Assembly (NCBI GenBank): GCA_000182565.2
Contig: KQ257454.1
Strand: one strand, 5' to 3'
DNA from: Spizellomyces punctatus DAOM BR117
Taxonomy: Eukaryota
Length of the DNA stretch: 56,533 nucleotides
Made by a program: the position numbers and the translations under genes. Below are positions 50,991 through 56,533 of the stretch, one piece after another (position 1 is the first letter of the stretch; every line of letters starts with the position of its first letter). Below the pieces are notes generated by a model. That model was given only the letters and a program-made list of their open reading frames with translations, made no database searches and was not told the origin of the DNA.

Positions 50991-53168
50991 ATGATGCCGG
51001 TCGAACGCTCACCAACGCGAGGCCGCTCACCTGTGATCCAGACTCGTAGTCAGGGTCCTGCGGAGGACGTCGAAGTCCCTCCCGCAACACGCCCAAGGCG
51101 TTCAGGGACCACTTCCGTCGAACCGGAAGCCCCTAACTTGGCCACGATGGCCTCTGAAGTGGCAGCGTTAAAAGAAGACATTGCCCGCTCGACTGCTGCA
51201 ACGCAGTTGGCAACTCAAAACCTTACGGAACAGCTTCATAGGCTTTCCGAACGTCAGACAGCGGCGGATGAGCGCCTCGCACGAGCCTTAGAAGCCCTAG
51301 CGCATCGCCCGCTGCCTGAACAACCTCCCATAGCACGAGCTACAAGAGAACGGTCCGCAACCCCGTGGGAAACGGCGGACACACCAAGGGAGCGTACCGA
51401 ACCAAGTTTTTCAGGTGCGGTGCCTCCAATCCAAGTGCCAGCGGCCCCGTGGGCCAGCGACACCAAGGTCGATTCCTTGAAAGCAAAGGACGTACCCGAG
51501 TTTACGGGCAGAAGAAACCAAGACGTTGAAGAATGGCTTAACAAAGTCCAACTTCTTCAAAACGTTAGCGCAACGTCGGATGCCAGGATGGTACAGCTCC
51601 TACCAGCCATGATAGCCGAGAAAACCCCTGCTGACGCTTGGTTTTACACTCTGGAAGCCCAGGAAACTCGCTCATGGACCTGGAAAAGGTGGAAAGAGGA
51701 ACTGCTTCGAGAGTTCCGAGATCCCCTAACCGAGTCCAAGCGCAAAACCGAATATGTGCGCTGCCATGCGAACCCCAAAGAATTTCGCAGCTTTCTCGCG
51801 TTCATCGACCACAAAACTCATCTCCGGCGCCTCGCTTATGGCGACCGGGCAAACATAGAATGTCCCGCTGACCAGCATTTCGACCTAATAGTCGAACAAT
51901 TGCCCAGCGACATCCAAATCATGGTCAAATCCTGTAACGTCACGAACCTGACCAAATTAAAAGACTTCCTGCGCCTTTATTTCGGCTCTGATGACACCAG
52001 AAAACGAGACCCTTGCTACAGCGGTGCTGCAGAAGCTCAGAAGAAGTCACAAAAGACCGGAACCGACAAAGGCCCTAAGCAGACGGCTCCGCATAAAACC
52101 GGAAACCCCGAAAAGGGTCGCGATGGTCCTCAGAAGATGGTTCCGGACCCCAACAAGGAACCACCGGCACCCTGCAAATTCTGTCAGAAAAAGCATTGGA
52201 ATGTTTTCTGCTGGCAGAACCCGAACCGAAAAGATCCTGAAGATGGAAAGAAAGGACCATATGGAGCACCCATGCCCTCAGGTTGGAAACCCAAACAGGA
52301 ATCGAAGAAGGCGTACATAGTGGAGCTGGACTCGACGTCCGCTACCACCGAGACTCTTTTTTCGGCTTCGGAACTGGAAAGAACGGAAGCCGCTAATCAA
52401 GGATTCCACACCATCGGGTTCTTTCATTCACCCAAGCACTCGGAATCAACAATTTTGATGACCGCACCTCTTTCCAAGGTCACGGTGACCAAGGAAGAGG
52501 ACCCCCGCACGCCCACGCAGGGCTGGGACCGAGTCTGGGACAACATAGCCATCATCTGGGGCACCCCGCAAGTGGCTCTGATGATGGGCAACAACCCCCG
52601 CGCGCTCAGCTTCTTCGCCAAAGAACCGAAGCGAGGCGCCGGGCACCTCGGGAACGACCCCTACGCAGTCGCGTGGAGTTCCCACCACCTCTACATCGCT
52701 GCCGCAGCCGAAGCTGACAAGGATCGAATCCTGCGAAAGGTCCGAGAAGACGGTACCCCTCGTTTGATTCTCCTTGCCTGGATAAAGCTCGACGAGCGCG
52801 AGAAATTCTTGATGTGGAGCTCTGAAGATCCTGTTATCTTTGATGCGTACGCCAACCTGCAACTGGTGGCATTTCTCCTGACAGGCAATATCGTTCGCTC
52901 AGACTATTATTATCGTCGCGGAAACCCCAAATTTCGGCACGTTAAAGACCATCCACGTCTCCAAAGACACGAAGAGAGCGAACGGACGCGTATAGTCATG
53001 CTGGCTATCGAACAAGTTGCTCGCCAGAATAAAACAACAAAACCACAAAACGACAAAACTAGAGAACACTTTGAGAGTGTGATCAAGGCTACGGAAGCAA
53101 CAATTTACCGCCCGCCCCCCCTTTTGGGGGGGGGGGGGGGGTTTTTTAAAACCTCTCTTCTCTGGTGA
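50991..53168 (+). CDS. Gag (capsid plus CCHC-type knuckle) with a long C-terminal extension; 3' end unreliable next to the gap
   Basis: DVPEFTGRRNQDVEEWL, TWKRWKEELLREF and the knuckle CKFCQKKHWNVFC. Confidence 0.8.
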   Translation: MMPVERSPTRGRSPVIQTRSQGPAEDVEVPPATRPRRSGTTSVEPEAPNLATMASEVAALKEDIARSTAATQLATQNLTEQLHRLSERQTAADERLARALEALAHRPLPEQPPIARATRERSATPWETADTPRERTEPSFSGAVPPIQVPAAPWASDTKVDSLKAKDVPEFTGRRNQDVEEWLNKVQLLQNVSATSDARMVQLLPAMIAEKTPADAWFYTLEAQETRSWTWKRWKEELLREFRDPLTESKRKTEYVRCHANPKEFRSFLAFIDHKTHLRRLAYGDRANIECPADQHFDLIVEQLPSDIQIMVKSCNVTNLTKLKDFLRLYFGSDDTRKRDPCYSGAAEAQKKSQKTGTDKGPKQTAPHKTGNPEKGRDGPQKMVPDPNKEPPAPCKFCQKKHWNVFCWQNPNRKDPEDGKKGPYGAPMPSGWKPKQESKKAYIVELDSTSATTETLFSASELERTEAANQGFHTIGFFHSPKHSESTILMTAPLSKVTVTKEEDPRTPTQGWDRVWDNIAIIWGTPQVALMMGNNPRALSFFAKEPKRGAGHLGNDPYAVAWSSHHLYIAAAAEADKDRILRKVREDGTPRLILLAWIKLDEREKFLMWSSEDPVIFDAYANLQLVAFLLTGNIVRSDYYYRRGNPKFRHVKDHPRLQRHEESERTRIVMLAIEQVARQNKTTKPQNDKTREHFESVIKATEATIYRPPPLLGGGGGFFKTSLLW

Positions 53169-53237
53169 GTGGGGGGGGGCGATAAAAAAAAAAAGCCAGA
53201 CTAAGACCCACCCCGCGGGCGGGCTGGACGCTAGCCG

Positions 53238-53726
53238 NNNNNNNNNNNNNNNNNNNNNNNNNNNNNNNNNNNNNNNNNNNNNNNNNNNNNNNNNNNNNNN
53301 NNNNNNNNNNNNNNNNNNNNNNNNNNNNNNNNNNNNNNNNNNNNNNNNNNNNNNNNNNNNNNNNNNNNNNNNNNNNNNNNNNNNNNNNNNNNNNNNNNNN
53401 NNNNNNNNNNNNNNNNNNNNNNNNNNNNNNNNNNNNNNNNNNNNNNNNNNNNNNNNNNNNNNNNNNNNNNNNNNNNNNNNNNNNNNNNNNNNNNNNNNNN
53501 NNNNNNNNNNNNNNNNNNNNNNNNNNNNNNNNNNNNNNNNNNNNNNNNNNNNNNNNNNNNNNNNNNNNNNNNNNNNNNNNNNNNNNNNNNNNNNNNNNNN
53601 NNNNNNNNNNNNNNNNNNNNNNNNNNNNNNNNNNNNNNNNNNNNNNNNNNNNNNNNNNNNNNNNNNNNNNNNNNNNNNNNNNNNNNNNNNNNNNNNNNNN
53701 NNNNNNNNNNNNNNNNNNNNNNNNNN
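53238..53726. other. Assembly gap (probably hides the protease)
   Basis: Run of N. Confidence 1.
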
Positions 53727-53789
53727 ACCATGTTAATCACGGGACAGACGCGCGTGGCAGCCAAACTTTCTCATCGAAAACCCTCTTGA

Positions 53790-56533
53790 GGCCACGCTGC
53801 TAGCTCAACGGTCCCGTTAGGCCTCAAACTGTCCACCGCGACCCATAATTCGGTTGCGGACCCCGAAGAGAACATTTCCAAAGAAGAATGGCAGACACTT
53901 CGGAACAAATGGAACCTCGACTCTACGGAGAGGGCTCCAGGGGCCTTCGAAGCCCAATTAAAAGACGCGGAACGTTTCCACGTCGATCTCAAGCGACCCA
54001 AACCCGTGGTCTGGGCCCTAATCAACATTCTACGACACTTCCATCAAGCCTTCAGCTATGAGGGTCATCTCATAGGGAACTACACCAAGATTCCTTATGC
54101 GCCTCGATTTATCTCGGCTCCGCCACCCCTTTCGAGGCCACGGTCGTACTCTCCGTTGGAGCGGACAGCCCTCGAGACGGAGCGAGACACCATGATGGGG
54201 CTTCAGAGGTGGAAACGAACCACCGAAGTAACCTTCGCCAGCGATCCTGTTATCATTCGCTATGCAGACAAACCCCCGCGCGTAGCCTTCGACTATCGCC
54301 GAGCCAACGACTGCATGGCCTGGGATCCATATCCCTTTCCCATCATGCTCGACATCCTGAACTGGATCGTCGCAGTCCCATTCCGATACATATCGGGAGG
54401 TGACGCAAACAAAGGATTCTACCAAATCGCCATCACCGATGCGTCGGTACGCAAATGGCTCGCGCTCAGACTCCATGACGGCATCTACGAACCACTCTTT
54501 ATGCCCTTCGGACCCAAGACTGCCCCCTCGCACTTCTGTCGGGTGATGGACGACACCTTGGGTCCCTCCAAATGGCGAAATATCAACAACTTCGTCGACG
54601 ATATCCACACACGAGCGGAGACAGCCGCGGAAGCCCTAGACGCCATCGCGGACTGGCTCGACCGCTTTTCCAGAGCCAAACTCACCCTAAGACTCGACAA
54701 GTGTCAATGGCTCTTTCACCAGCTCACGGCCCTCGGTTTCGTTGCCTCCTCTCAGGGTCTCGCTACCGATCCAGACAAGGTCGCAACCATAGTCGATTGG
54801 CCACAACCCAAATTCATAGGTGACCTATGGTCATTCGTGGGTCTCCTAGGGTTCTACGCCCAATTCATTTCTCGCTACGCGGAACTCGTCCGACCCCTGC
54901 AAGACGCTATCCAAGAGGGCGTTCGCGAATACCGAGACCTTAAAAAGGGTCGCGCTGACCCGAAGAAAGGCGCTGAAAAGCTCAATTCACCATCCATGCT
55001 CGACACGGCGGTGGCCCCTACAATCACAGCCACCGGAGCCCGATTTGAGGTTTCGCAACATCCGAAATCTAGCTCCTCAGACCTACCGGCGGTCAATCTA
55101 CGCCAATCATCGCTGGCGGACTTACCCATTGACCCCTTTTGTGTCGGACGCCTTGCTCGCAAGCGCCCCGACCAAGGTCTGCGCAGATTTATCGCGAAGC
55201 GTGAAGTTTCATGGACCGATTCCCGAAACTCTGCCTTCGCAGCCGCCAAGCAGGCTCTGACAACAGCTCCAGTGCTCGCGGCACCCAGAAAAGGGTTCCC
55301 CTACACCCTTCACAGTGACGCTTCCTACACAGCGTTTAATGTCACGCTCGAACAGTTACAGCCGGATGCTTCTAAACGCCCGCTGTGCTACCATTCCCGA
55401 GGCACCACCACCTCGGAAAAGAAGGCCCCCCCCGTCGAACTCGAGGCCGGATGCCTCATTTGGGGCCTCGGAAAACTCCGCCCATACCTCGAAGGCCTGC
55501 CTTTCACGGTCATTACTGATCACCGAGCTCTTTTGTGGCTCGCTAAATACAAAGGCGAGAACCGTAAGCTTCTCCGCTGGGCCCTCGATCTTAGTTACTG
55601 GTCCGAATGGATGACAATCGTTCACAAACCAGGACGTTTTCACATTGTCGCTGATACACTTTCACGGCTACTAGGAGCGGAAACCCTACTCTGCTCCACC
55701 GCGACCCAAATATGGGTGTCGAAACGCGGAAGACGACGGCTGCGCACCACACCAGCTGCTCTCGCACCTTCCTCGACACTGGCAGATGCCGTCTTTCGTC
55801 TGGCCTTACAGCCTGCACTCATTGCCGCCATCCGCGCTGGCCTCACCGGCCAGCTCCACCCCATAGCCCAACAGGCCCGCACGCTCCTATGGGAGACCAG
55901 CCCCGACACGTACACTACCGCCGACACGCGCTTTCTTCAGGACTGGCAACGTGCAGATAACCTGCTGTGGCACCGTTTTTCAGTCTCCGAAGACCTTTGG
56001 CGCCTTTACGTGCCCCCTGCTTGCACCCCTGAGGTGCGCAAGCTTTTTCACGAGGGGGGAGGACACTTCGGATTCGAAAGAACCTACGCTAGAGCTGCAG
56101 CGCAAGTCTGGTGGCCGAAAATGGCACAAGATTTCAGAAAACACTGCGCAGGATGTGAAACCTGTCAACGCTCAAAAAGGGTACCGCAACTGATTCCGGG
56201 GTTGCTGAAACCCATACCACCAGCTCCGGGATGCTGGACAGTCATCACGACTGACTTCGTAACCAAGCTCCCACTTACTTCCAGAGGGTACGATGCCTTT
56301 TGGTTAATAGCATGTAAATGCTCAAAGAGGATCCACGTATGGCCCCTCAAGAGCACTGCGACAGCTATTCAGGTCGCGGAACTCTTTATAGAGCGCTACG
56401 TCCCATTGCACGGCATCCCGGAGACCATTATCTCGGACCGCGACTCCAAATTTACGAGTCGATTTTGGCAGGAGGTCTGCAAAAACCTAAAGATTAATCA
56501 AGAGCTCACCACAGCCTACCACCCTCAAGGTGG
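53790..56533 (+). CDS. Pol: reverse transcriptase, RNase H and integrase (open to the window end, so absent from the ORF track)
   Basis: RT: RVAFDYRRAN, DANKGFYQI, MPFGPKTAPSHF, FVDD at 54591. RNase H: LHSDAS, ELEA, TDHRAL, ADTLSR. Integrase: HHCC motif (HEGGGH...CETCQRSK) and core (TTDFVTKLP, IISDRDSKFTS, TTAYHPQ). Confidence 0.95.

Larger units (their letters stand above)
50236..56533 (+). mobile_element. Ty3/Gypsy LTR retrotransposon (3' part outside the window)
   Basis: 5' LTR, PBS, gag, then RT-RNase H-integrase in that order. Confidence 0.95.

Noticed and set aside
53100-53237. Gag stop and poly-C/poly-G/poly-A tracts as a frameshift signal
   Set aside because: Low-complexity sequence right at a gap edge is typical of poor-quality read ends.
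53231-53764. 177-aa ORF in the track
   Set aside because: An artefact of translating the N gap.
53787-53789. In-frame TGA upstream of RT as a readthrough site
   Set aside because: It is only 60 bp from the gap and cannot be distinguished from an error.

Overview
Gene-dense, intron-rich eukaryotic DNA from a flagellated (chytrid-type, probably Spizellomycetales) fungus. The assignment rests on fungal housekeeping genes sitting beside ciliary genes (CFAP92, RPGRIP1L) and a cobalamin-pathway gene (MMAA). About 22 protein-coding genes are recognisable: MMAA, SNF1, an AreA-type GATA factor, MAK16, ValRS, a bZIP-like gene, an orphan 7TM gene, CFAP92, COX5A, KLHDC4/KEL3, ALG5, BRAP2, RpiB, BolA, NDUFS5, a TOM20-SET/MYND fusion, a GCNA-like SprT gene, RPGRIP1L, eIF6 and hypotheticals. 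The right end holds two mobile elements. One is a ~390-bp internally deleted Fanzor1 element (minus strand, 49836-50224; Fanzor is the eukaryotic TnpB-like RNA-guided nuclease) that keeps its left-end hairpin, the last ~67 codons of the nuclease and an apparently intact omegaRNA scaffold with a host-derived guide. The other, 11 bp away, is a Ty3/Gypsy LTR retrotransposon running off the window. The best leads are the Fanzor guide-RNA cassette and an alternatively spliced locus predicted to encode either plain Tom20 or a mitochondria-anchored Tom20-SET/MYND methyltransferase-like protein. Gene models were built by eye from motifs and GT-AG sites, so exon boundaries and some starts are approximate. 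Family assignments come from recalled motifs, not database searches.
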